A stretch of 64,000 nucleotides of DNA from NCBI GenBank assembly GCA_001687465.1, contig LVLI01000536.1, forward strand, positions 1 through 64,000, given 5' to 3'. Under the pieces are notes generated by a model that was not told where the DNA came from, made no database searches, and saw only the letters and a program-made list of their open reading frames with translations. Both the position numbers and the translations under genes were made by a program. Positions 1 to 9,539 of the stretch are shown one piece after another; within the stretch, counting starts at the first letter, position 1; each line of letters starts with the position of its first letter. This DNA is from Halocafeteria seosinensis (Eukaryota).

Positions 1-73
1 TTTCCTTGTTCTTATGGTAGGATTTTAAAGCTTGCTCTTTCTTCTTCTTATGATTTTGGTTATCTTCGTTCAT
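1..73 (-). CDS. Partial basic virus-like ORF running off the window start (MNEDNQNHKKKKEQALKSYHKNKE...)
   Basis: ATG at 73, about 25 nt downstream of the shared GGCTTAAAGACTAG motif. The frame is open to base 1. Confidence 0.4.
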   Translation of the reverse strand, partial: MNEDNQNHKKKKEQALKSYHKNKE

Positions 74-130
74 CTTGTCTATACGCTTATTCTAGTCTCT
101 AGTCTTTAAGCCCTTTAAGATTTCATAAGT

Positions 131-564
131 TTATGGGTAGAAGAATTCATTACGGTTAACAATGCGTTCAGTATCATTTATGTAAATCCACGTTCCATTA
201 GGGGTTCGATATTTATAGCTTCCCCTTCCAGTCCTAAATACGGTCCTATACTCACCACGTATTCTTATATCCCCCACACCTAAACACAATTCAAAGGTTC
301 CTTTCGGTCTTCCTACTGGCCTCTGCTTCATCTTCACTTGTATCAATATCACTACTTGTTTCACTATCCATATCATCATCTTCTTCATTGTCACTATCAA
401 TATCACTGCTTGTTTCACTATCAACATCACTATCATTCTTGTTAAATACTGTAAATCTCTCAACTTGTTCGCACAGGATGAATAAAAACATTCGGTATCT
501 CTCCTTGATTTTCATCCAGCAGCTCCATTAATTCACGTATATGGGTTTTCATTTGGTAGCTCAT
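131..564 (-). pseudogene. Frameshifted small virus-like gene with an acidic repeat and an AT-hook-like motif
   Basis: Pieces in different frames join into one plausible protein: MSYQMKTHIRELMELLDENQGEIP / ECFYSSCANKLRDLQY / NKNDSDVDSETSSDIDSDNEEDDDMDSETSSDIDTSEDE / RPVGRPKGTFELCLGVG...NEFFYP*. Confidence 0.45.
341..422. repeat. Internal duplication, 28 nt with 54-nt period (TATCAATATCACTRCTTGTTTCACTATC)
   Basis: Copies at 341-368 and 395-422 differ by one base. They encode DSETSSDID twice on the minus strand. Confidence 0.9.
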
Positions 565-738
565 TATTATTTCTCTCTACTCTTGGTATATCTCCTAGTC
601 TTTAAGCCGCTGGTTAGTAGGATTGAAATAAATGATAGAACAAAAAATTTTTACTGGTACCGTACGTGTGTACCGGTAGGACTGGTAGGCTGAAGTTAGG
701 GCTTGACTGGTATGATTGAAGATTGAAAAACTCGCTTT

Positions 739-2247
739 ATGAAAGCTTTGTGTACATGGCTATACTATAGTTTTCGATGTATTGGTTTGGTTAGGAGTTT
801 TTTCAGAACACTGAGATGCCGGGAGAACGGAGGAACTCTCACCGTAGGAGAGTGCCAATGCCAGAACAGCAAGTGGGCTCGTCAATTTGCCTGTGAGGTT
901 TTCATGTGGTATCTTTCACTTGGTATAATGACCACGCATTACGTAGCCTTTGTATGTGCTGTGTACTTTGGCATTGGAGCCATTCTCACGATCGGTGTTG
1001 GGACGGGCTCTCTCTCTTACAACTGGGAGGAGAGACTCTCAAAGCATGCTGGCGCGTACTGGATTGAACTAATTGAACCCTTCCTTCCATATTATCGACT
1101 CTCCCCCTACCAAAAGCTGGTTCAATTGCTGAAGGAGCCGAAGACTAACCTACTGGACTTACAGGGACATTATTTTGTCAACCGGTCCAAACCTCTCTCT
1201 TCACTGGAATCCGAACCATTCCAAGTTTGGTATGGCCCCAAGGGTACGGGCAAGACGACCACGGCAAAGAAATATTTAGAAGAACTGTCATCGGAAGGGA
1301 AGCCTGTCTTGTACCTAAGCTATAGATACGCAGACACTTGGATGTCTTTCTCGAAATGCTTTAGACGGTTCAAATACGAGGTCGACATTCCTGCCAGACT
1401 GGAAATGGGTATGAAAGCCGGACTCGAAAGGGCACTGGCGACAGCATACGCCACACTTGGATCTTCCCCGTTGGTTGTCGTCGATGATATTGACTTCGCA
1501 CCTCAGGATGAAGTGAAAACATGGGTCCTGTTTGGGCGCACAGCACGCCGAGAAAAGAGATCTCAATTTCAAGTGATTCTTATCACTTCCCCCGGGGAAG
1601 GAATACACAAGATCAGGAAGGTGTCAGACCACATTTACGCCACGGAGGTGATATTTGGTAATCTTAAACGAAACGAAGCGAACGAATACCTGTTGAAAGA
1701 TAAAAGGATAGAAGATCCAGAGCTAAGGTGTTGGATCTGGCATGTCATTGGGAGTAAGCCTGGTGACCTTGAGGACTACGCGCCTGTTTCATCTGTTTCC
1801 AAGCAGGAATTATATAGGGTTCAGGAAGAGATGAGGAGAGTTGCGAGTGAAGCGTACAAAGAGGCGACGGCACATATCGCGTCAATGCGGGGAAAAGAGG
1901 GAGCAAAATGCTTTGATAGTGTTGCACATGCGCTGGTGAACCATTCTCTGTCAATGCGTAGCTCCTTGGAATGTTTAGAGGAAAATGACTTGGTTCCTCT
2001 TTTGGCAGAATATGGCTACGGTACTTACGCCATTCAAGACTTTTGCGATGCAGGAAACCTGTTCACTACAGATTTGGACGGGTGCTTGAGCTTTGAAAGC
2101 AAATACGTGGAGGACTACATGAGGTACAGATTTCGAAATCAAACTTATTATGACTTCGAACGTGTGTGCAAGGAGGAATTGAAACAGTCGAAGAACTGGA
2201 CGGTTCATCCTCAAAATGAGAACTGGGAGATCGAGGCAGGCCAGTGA
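739..2247 (+). CDS. Membrane-anchored P-loop NTPase (AAA/archaeal-ATPase-like); true start may be ATG 928
   Basis: Intronless 502-aa ORF. It has a hydrophobic helix (YVAFVCAVYFGIGAILTIGV), Walker A GPKGTGKTT, Walker B LVVVDDID and a downstream VILITS strand. Confidence 0.75.
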   Translation: MKALCTWLYYSFRCIGLVRSFFRTLRCRENGGTLTVGECQCQNSKWARQFACEVFMWYLSLGIMTTHYVAFVCAVYFGIGAILTIGVGTGSLSYNWEERLSKHAGAYWIELIEPFLPYYRLSPYQKLVQLLKEPKTNLLDLQGHYFVNRSKPLSSLESEPFQVWYGPKGTGKTTTAKKYLEELSSEGKPVLYLSYRYADTWMSFSKCFRRFKYEVDIPARLEMGMKAGLERALATAYATLGSSPLVVVDDIDFAPQDEVKTWVLFGRTARREKRSQFQVILITSPGEGIHKIRKVSDHIYATEVIFGNLKRNEANEYLLKDKRIEDPELRCWIWHVIGSKPGDLEDYAPVSSVSKQELYRVQEEMRRVASEAYKEATAHIASMRGKEGAKCFDSVAHALVNHSLSMRSSLECLEENDLVPLLAEYGYGTYAIQDFCDAGNLFTTDLDGCLSFESKYVEDYMRYRFRNQTYYDFERVCKEELKQSKNWTVHPQNENWEIEAGQ

Positions 2248-3347
2248 TCGGGCAAAATTCTGTTTATACATTGAAGTGGAGAAAATATCAAAAATACCAC
2301 TTTTCTTTCTTGAAAAAGTGACTGTTTGTTTTTTTTTTTGTTTTGTTTTTTTTTAAATTTTTATGACTGGTATGATCGAAGTTTTACCCTCCACAGCACG
2401 GATGATTAAGGCGGCTTAAATGAAAGTATTGATACATTCAAAACAAATTTCAGTATCACCATCAAAATCAGTGTTGTCTGCTCTACCTTTACACATACGA
2501 CTTTCTCACCTGAACGCACGACGTAGAACAAAGAGCGACATCAACTCGCACGAGTGCTATCCATTTCGAACATAGGGAATCCATATTAGGGATCATGTAT
2601 TATATATAGCATTGCTCTACCCGAAGGAATCTACGCTAGACCGTGAATGCGAGTGCTTCCCGAATTCAATCTAGTATGATGCATCTTCACCACGTTGTGG
2701 AGCACCAACGAAGTGCACGGGTCAGCCATTACATCAGTTCGGAAGTTTCCTCATCAGCGTTGTTTTTCCTGGCAAACGTTTCCAGCACTTTATCAATTGA
2801 GTGTGCCTTCCACGAGGTCACCCGTCGCATCCATCACGAATGGTATAATTCCCGTGTCATGCTCCAGTAGACTTCCCATCTGGTTTTCGCGAGGTAACAA
2901 CCAATGTACATCCAAAATGACTGAGAAGTCGTTGCGCCACATTTCCTGGATTCATCTCTGGCTTGGAACCATCAAAGATGCCGGACAGTCAGTGGGCATA
3001 AGCATGTAACCTATTTTTTGACGCGGCGATTTCAGTCTCGAGCCCTTTCGCCTCTGCATTCCTACGGAAGTCCCTCAACAAGTGGCGAACTTTTTGGGTG
3101 AATTTCGCACAAAGTGAAGTCACACTCGACCGTAAAGTACACTGGTTTACATGCGCCTGTTGAAAGATTCTTATGGTACTGGAAGAGGTTGATGCGGCTA
3201 TGCGTTTTTCTTAGCAGTATACGGAGTACATATATATATGTGTATGGAACTCGGGTTACTCGATTTGGAGCCGTCATCGAACTTGCACCTGTAGCAATTA
3301 CAAGGTTTACACTGGTTGTAAGACAGGACGGGTAGCAGTGGTATAAT

Positions 3348-4807
3348 ATGGTGTCGTCGTGTCGGTACTCATGGTGTATCTGCAAACATGGTTCCAGTAA
3401 AGGGGAACTTCAGAACTCAGAGCGGGTGAGCTATCCAGCCTTTGTCCGGATGCGAATGCGCGGGACTTGCCAACAGTGGTCAACTACTGGCAAGGAGTCG
3501 CTGCTGGAGATAGCAGGCATCAGGCTTTGGATCAAATATCCGCGCTGTCATGGCCAAACCGCTCTTTGGAAGGAGTAGGCCCCTACGGAAGGCTTAGCCG
3601 TACGTGTGGTAGTTTCCCACATTTCGCTGGCACAATAAGCTTGACGAACCTCTGGAGCAAATCGTGTGGGACTCGCATACTGCTGATGCCACTGCTCGTG
3701 TGGATTCACTCACAATTCGGAATTGTTCTCAATTATCTAGTTCTGCATTTCGGCATTCTTCTACCTTGACGGTCAGGCTTGACCAGCCTTCGGTTACAGC
3801 GTTGCAGACTTTGGGACTCGTGGTTCCAGTATCTATCCAGTTTTAGGATATTGAAAATGATAGCCTGTAGCCACTGTCAGCTTTCGGATACCACTTTAGG
3901 CCATCTGTCCAATTTGACCGCTTTCACTATGTACATTTGCAATCTAGGGAGCATTACAGACTATGGATTTCAGTACATATTTGTCCAACTTGTCGCATCT
4001 GAGACTGGAAGATTGCTCAAATTTGGCAATTTCCGATTTGGCGTTTCAACATCTTCGCAAATTGACTTCATTGACAGTAGGCAATTGCGGAGTGGCCGTA
4101 ACTAACTCTTCTTTTCGATCCCTGTCAGACCTCGCAGGGTTGAAACTAGTAGAGTGCACTTGCTCTAGCATTACTGATTCGGCGTTTGAACATATCTCTA
4201 GATTGACGTCATTGACTATGAGAAGCTGTAATCAACCTAATTTCGCGCATGCTGCCTTCAAACATCTGTCTAGTTTGATCGAATTGCGGTTGATCATTTG
4301 CGACCAAAGCACGATAACGAATGCTGCATTCCACCACCTCTCCAATTTGAGTTCGTTGCATATGGGACCTTACAGGATGTCAACTATATCGACATCTGCT
4401 TTCTGTCATTTATCGCGCTTGACGGAACTTTCGCTCACTACCGTAGTCATGGGAGATTCCTCCTTCCATCACTTACACAATTTGAGAGCATTATGCTTGT
4501 GGCTCTGCAATACCTCTCCCATTACGGATTTTGCCTTCAAACATTTCTCCGTTTTGCGAACACTGACTATTGTACAATTGATTGTAGGCCTTGAAAAGTC
4601 TACAATCACAGACTCTGCCTTTACACACCTACCCGACTGAAGATCATTGACTTTGCTTGGTTGCACTGCGCTCAAGATAATAACGGAATCTGGATCTCAA
4701 CACCTCTCCAAGTTAACTTCATTGCAGTTAGCCCAGTGCAATGAAGCAAGTGTTGCCAACTTCCATCCCGAAACTTTGCCGTGTCTGAAAACGTGGTGTG
4801 TTCGATG
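3348..4807 (+). pseudogene. Leucine-rich-repeat protein pseudogene (cysteine-containing, AMN1/F-box-LRR type)
   Basis: Repeats of the form ITDxAFxHLxxLTxLxxxxC continue across several frameshifted ORFs (3664, 3779, 3963). A TGA at 4638-4640 interrupts a repeat (HLPD*RSLTLLGC) that continues to 4807. Confidence 0.75.
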
Positions 4808-5057
4808 ACCTGCTCAGCAATCACTATTGAAGTGCTCTCCAGTGGATGAGCAAACTGTAGTATGCTTGCAAGAGGAACCAGGATAGGACAGAGCAGAGTC
4901 GACGGTGACGGGGAGGGACGGCCTCTGAACTCTTCTTGTACGGCGTGCCGGTGATAGGAAGCAGATTATTCTCGATCTTACTGCGGGAAGTGCGGGAGAA
5001 TCATGAAAAGTTTACGCAGACTCTGGGCACGAAAAAATTTAACGTAGGAACGGACGG

Positions 5058-5534
5058 ACAAAGACTACTGCATAGCCCAAACGCTGCCCCGTGATGCTAC
5101 CCTCTGGAGACTGGCAAGTCCTCGTGCTAAGGTATTCAGGTCGCTCAGGATCCCTGTAAGCTCTTTTGCTGTCGTCGGTCCTACTTTTGATTAGGACACT
5201 AAGGATGCTCTTGCTAACACATGGATTACGTTCGTTTGGCATTGCTATGCACTGCAGCTACACCGCTCGAGAACGGAGCGTGAAAAAATATTAGATCCTC
5301 CGGTACTGAACTATTATCAAGCGGAAGACGGACGATGCAAATTGAACCATTTACCGCTTGCTTAGCTAAGGAAGAATCAATTCACAGATAGTTATTCAAG
5401 AATGCGCGGACACTTGGTAAATGTACAGCTTGAGGACGCTGTCTTGCTTGAGATTCATTTCAACCTAAGTATGCGCGGACACTTGGTACTAAATGTACAG
5501 CTTGAGGACGCTGTCTTGCTTGAGATTCATTTCA
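5058..5534 (+). pseudogene. Decayed, internally deleted duplicate of the histidine phosphatase gene at 7277-8086
   Basis: 5058-~5405 aligns by eye with ~7286-7620. The RHG motif is mutated (FVRHGY to FVWHCY) and there are indels. The following ..GCTGTCTTGCTTGAGATTCATTTCA matches the gene's 3' end (~8030-8080). Confidence 0.85.
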
Positions 5535-5567
5535 TGTGTGTGTGTGTGTGTGTGTGACCTAAGTATG
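5402..5567. repeat. ~70-nt tandem duplication whose second copy contains a (TG)11 microsatellite
   Basis: ATGCGCGGACACTTGG...GATTCATTTCA-ACCTAAGT occurs at 5402-5470 and 5471-5564. (TG)11 at 5535-5556 is present only in copy 2. Confidence 0.9.
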
Positions 5568-5780
5568 TTCAACTAAGGATGAGTGACCAGTGGAACCAGA
5601 AGGAGATCCTGACCAAGAAACAGTGGAACACAATCGGTCACAAGAAATACCACTCCGTGCATGGATTGCTGTTACTGTCTTAACTGGTGGTAGTCTCTTC
5701 AACACAAACAAGAAGCTACAGATCCCAAGACAACATACAGGTTAGGGTGATAGGGGTGATCTGCAATTTCTCCTTCGGAA

Positions 5781-6472
5781 TTAGGACGCAAAATCGTATT
5801 TGTTACCACGCAGTCTTTGCGCATTCATACCGCAATCTCCCTCTGTAGGAAGTGCATTATCAGTGTATGAGAAGAGAAACGAGAAAGTTGTTGAAATAAA
5901 CCTACTTGTCCAGACCTCAGTAAGGTTGAGTGGCGGGGGGCTATCAGCACAGCCCCCGGGGACGCCTCCAACGACTGGGTTACTGTCGCTGACATACACA
6001 CACTGGTGAGCTCGTCCGTTATACAACCTCACCCTCCACCAGTCACCAGATATATTCGTGATTCCTCTGTACACGAGGTGAGCGTCGTTGGTGCATTGCA
6101 GGATCTTAAGTAGTCAGTGAGTAGTTGTCGTTGTTACCAACGTCAGCTTGACTTACGTAGTGGTGTAGTTTGCGCATTGTGGGTTCGAATTATAATCCAC
6201 ACAATATATGACATGGTGTTCAACATTTGTTAGATCCCAGACGTAGCACATCTGTACGTCGACTTTCTGCGTCCAGTTCCAAGAGTACCTGTATGGAATC
6301 AATAAGCAAATGGATTTCAGAGAGTGTCGGTGAATCAGAGCGCCTAGCCACTGATTATCACTTCAAGCATTGACTACAATTTGCCCACTCACTTGAGATC
6401 TGCTGGGAACGACTCCACCAAGGTGAAAATGCTGGCGACAGCCAAAGTTGTAAACAGCACTTTCATTTTCAT
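5781..6472 (-). CDS. Small secreted cysteine-containing protein of unknown function (about 4 exons)
   Basis: Signal-peptide-like start MKMKVLFTTLAVASIFTLVES. GTGAGT, GTAAGT and GTAGGT donors with AG acceptors link exons YSWNWTQKVDVQMCYVWD.. and ..LVYRGITNISGDWWRVRLYNG.. Confidence 0.55.
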
Positions 6473-7276
6473 TTTCCCTCGATATGTGCTGCCTGAACGC
6501 ATCACACAATGATAGATGTATTATGTCATAAACAGATACTCAATTTCTGGAGGTATTGAAGAATTACATTGACATCGGCTTGGAGCCTTCTTCCTTTTTT
6601 CTCCGGAAACTGAGAGGCACGTCCGGATTTAGGCTCAGCAATGCAGTGCTAATGGAGCCTCTATCTCTTCCCCTCCTCAATCTCTGACATTTTTTCTGGT
6701 GTATGATAGCTCTTTCGCTCTATGTGATGTGTGTTCCCGAGAGCAACCCTTCTATTGTATTTGTACAGTGTTTTCGGCTACCCTTACTGAGCGATGGGGC
6801 CATTTACAGCTAGGCAAACATGAAACTTACGTGATTCGCGATTTTTCAATGCGTATTCCCGCTGGACATGGTACTGGCAACAATGCATGAAGTATTAGGA
6901 ACACTGAGATCCCAGTCTGCACAACGTCCTCCCCCACCGTGGTAACCGTCTCGTCTGGGCTAAGAAGCAGTTGGGCTTGTGAAGGCAGCAGTGAAGTATG
7001 CACTAGGTAGCTGCTACCGTACCACTACTCCCTTCGTTTTCTGATGGATTTATACCCCTGAGGGGATTCCTAAAACGTGCTGACGGTAAAGAGCTATAAA
7101 ATTGCTCAAGGAGCTCTCACTGTGAGACCTATAGAACGGCCAGAGGCAGAATTTTCTTGCACTCTTGGGTATCCTGCCGACGGACATAGCAGGTTAGACG
7201 TCTATTGCAGGATCTCGTAAAGGTTACACCTGAATAAAAGGGAAGGAACAAACGATATTATCCGGACAGTGGTATC

Positions 7277-8086
7277 ATGGAGACACAAAGACTACTGTAT
7301 AGCCCAAGCGCTGCCCCAGGAGGTCCGAGTCTTCAGACTGGCGCATGCTATGGCATTCGGACCTCTTTTGATGTCGTCGGTCCTACTTTGGATCAGGAGA
7401 CTAAGGATGCTCTTACCAACACACGGATTACGTTCGTCCGACATGGCTATGCGCTACACCAATGCGCAGCCCCACATCTTCCGCGACCGGAGCGTCAAAA
7501 GATATTAGATCCTCCGCTGGTGAAACTTAAACGGGAGACGGAAGATGTGAATGAAACCATTAACCTCATGCTTACTCATAGGGGAATCAACAAACACATA
7601 GATATACCAGAAAATGCCGAAACTCCCGATGGAAAAGAGCAAGCCAAGGCGCTCGGTAGGCAGGCATCAGGTCTGGGGAGCTACAGCCTTTGCACATATG
7701 AAGTATTTGCAAGTAGTGATCAGGTACGATCATTACAAACACTCTGTTATTTCCTTGAAGGAGCGGAAATTACGCCTGAACGATGCTTGAGACGAACACC
7801 GCTCCTTCGCGAGACTGACTACGATCTCTCTGTAGCCCGCTTTGACGACACTATAGCGACCCATCCGGAAATAGCAAACCACCAGTGGATAAAAACTGGC
7901 GACGCACCGACCGAGCCACGGGATATCAAAGACAGATGCCCTAAAATCTGGCAATGGCTTGCAAGAACCCTCGAGGAACATGACGCAAGCAGCATTCTGG
8001 TCGTATCTCATTACAAAATGTTACGCGCTCTACTAAATGTCAGGTTTCAAAATGCTGCCTTGCTTGAGGTTCATTTCACGAATTGA
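7277..8086 (+). CDS. Histidine phosphatase superfamily branch 1 (phosphoglycerate mutase-like) protein
   Basis: Motifs ITFVRHG, SSDQVRSLQT, LLRE and ILVVSH in the expected order. Intronless, 269 aa. Confidence 0.8.
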   Translation: METQRLLYSPSAAPGGPSLQTGACYGIRTSFDVVGPTLDQETKDALTNTRITFVRHGYALHQCAAPHLPRPERQKILDPPLVKLKRETEDVNETINLMLTHRGINKHIDIPENAETPDGKEQAKALGRQASGLGSYSLCTYEVFASSDQVRSLQTLCYFLEGAEITPERCLRRTPLLRETDYDLSVARFDDTIATHPEIANHQWIKTGDAPTEPRDIKDRCPKIWQWLARTLEEHDASSILVVSHYKMLRALLNVRFQNAALLEVHFTN

Positions 8087-8333
8087 ATGACCTCCCGAAA
8101 ACAATAATACCATTCACAGGAAATAGGCATGAACTGATCTGTACTTATCGTGAACTTACAACAAGTACTTCTCCAGAGCATCTTCTATCATCACTGGCCA
8201 ATCGAGTCACTGCATGGGAAAACTTTCGCCGAAAAGACTGGAAGTTTGGTTTGTGACTCTCGTACAAGTTTATTACTGATTCCAATCAAAGTATTGTCAA
8301 GTTTCGAAGAAAATAATACTACAGAGACATACA

Positions 8334-9539
8334 ATGGCAATACTTGCTCCATCGCCGTCAGAGCGTCGTTTTCTGGTCCAAGGCATTGACCAAAACATTC
8401 GACGCGATGGCCGAGCTCGTTTGGACTTTCGCTTCATCGATATCGAGTGTGGTTTATTCCCTCAGGCCAATGGGTCTTCACGATTGCGTTTGGAGCAAGC
8501 AGGGACGGACGTCATTGCCTGTGTGAAAGCCGAAATAAGCACTCCAGCGCCGTCAAAGCCTTCGGAAGGGCTTATACAGTGTGATATACGATGCTCTTCC
8601 GGCGCCACTTCCTCCCGAACGAGGGAAATGGAGACGGAATTGCGCTATACATTGGACCAAACATTGCTTTCCAATGGTGCCCTGAATCGTGAGCAATTAT
8701 CCATTGTCCCCGGACATACGTGCTGGATTCTGTACGTGGATGTCATCGTACTGAGCTCGGGAGGCTCTCTGGCCGATGCCGTCACATTGGCATGTTATGC
8801 TGCATTGAATAGCACTCTTCTACCCAAGATCAATGTGACCAAGGTCTCTCAACCCCATGGAGGAGTAGAGGAACCTAGCTCCAAAACGAAAGTGGTGGAT
8901 GAACACGAGGAGCAGCTCGAGGATGCCATGGCGAATGTCTCCATGGATGCTGCCGAGGCTGCTGCAGCTTCAGGGAAAGAACTAGTCTACACTTCTGGCA
9001 CGGCTGAGTCTTCACAGTTTAGCTATCAGCTCGATGTAGACGATGATCCGTCCAGTGGATGGATGTTGGAAGCTACCAATGTGCCCGTGGCAGTCACTCT
9101 GTGGCAAGTCAATGGGAGACCCGTCGTGGATGCTTCGCTGGAGGAAGAAGCTTGTTCGGAAGCGTCTATTGTTGTGTCTATGGATCGGAAGGGAAACCTT
9201 GTCAGTATCAACACACGATCACAACCATCGGGACAGGCGTTCCATGGTGATACAAGCGAATCGCTCGTGTTTGGCTGTATCCACCCTGAGGCATTGGAAG
9301 CTTCGATCAACGCGGCTCAGGCTATTGCGAAGGTCTTGTTCGACCGTGTTGATGCATCGTTGGAAAATGCCAAAGAAAAGAACCAGCAGGCAATGAACTA
9401 CTTTGTAAACGAAATTAAGACAGGAAGCAATGGGTCAACGCTCATCTCCGAAGATAGCGCCCTCAATGGAGTCCGCCAGTCTCTTCAGGATGATGATGTA
9501 AATGCTATAGCTTCTGCAGCATCCAAGATGAACAGTTAA
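8334..9539 (+). CDS. EXOSC7: Exosome complex RNase PH-like subunit RRP42
   Basis: SERRFLVQGIDQNIRRDGR, PQANGSSRLRL, TDVIACVKAEI, CWILYVDVIVLSSGG, VVDASLEEEAC. Confidence 0.9.
   Translation: MAILAPSPSERRFLVQGIDQNIRRDGRARLDFRFIDIECGLFPQANGSSRLRLEQAGTDVIACVKAEISTPAPSKPSEGLIQCDIRCSSGATSSRTREMETELRYTLDQTLLSNGALNREQLSIVPGHTCWILYVDVIVLSSGGSLADAVTLACYAALNSTLLPKINVTKVSQPHGGVEEPSSKTKVVDEHEEQLEDAMANVSMDAAEAAAASGKELVYTSGTAESSQFSYQLDVDDDPSSGWMLEATNVPVAVTLWQVNGRPVVDASLEEEACSEASIVVSMDRKGNLVSINTRSQPSGQAFHGDTSESLVFGCIHPEALEASINAAQAIAKVLFDRVDASLENAKEKNQQAMNYFVNEIKTGSNGSTLISEDSALNGVRQSLQDDDVNAIASAASKMNS

Larger units (their letters stand above)
1..650 (-). mobile_element. AT-rich virus-like gene block (possible edge of an endogenous DNA virus, virophage or Polinton-like element), partly frameshifted
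   Basis: Clearly more AT-rich than the rest of the window, with no introns visible. Two minus-strand starts (ATG at 564 and at 73) are each preceded by an identical GGCTTAAAGACTAG (plus 595-608 and 99-112). The peptides MSYQMKTHIRELMELLDENQGEIP.. and MNEDNQNHKKKKEQALKSYHKNKE.. resemble small proteins of large DNA viruses. No hallmark viral gene lies in the window. Confidence 0.45.

Noticed and set aside
2640..3340. Short ORFs between the ATPase and the LRR pseudogene
   Set aside because: No coherent motif or splice model. Possibly decayed coding sequence, but I cannot support it.
4638..4640. In-frame TGA in the LRR gene as evidence of a variant genetic code
   Set aside because: The same gene has several frameshifts. 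Conserved genes here use TGG for Trp and TGA as a true stop (for example PUS10).
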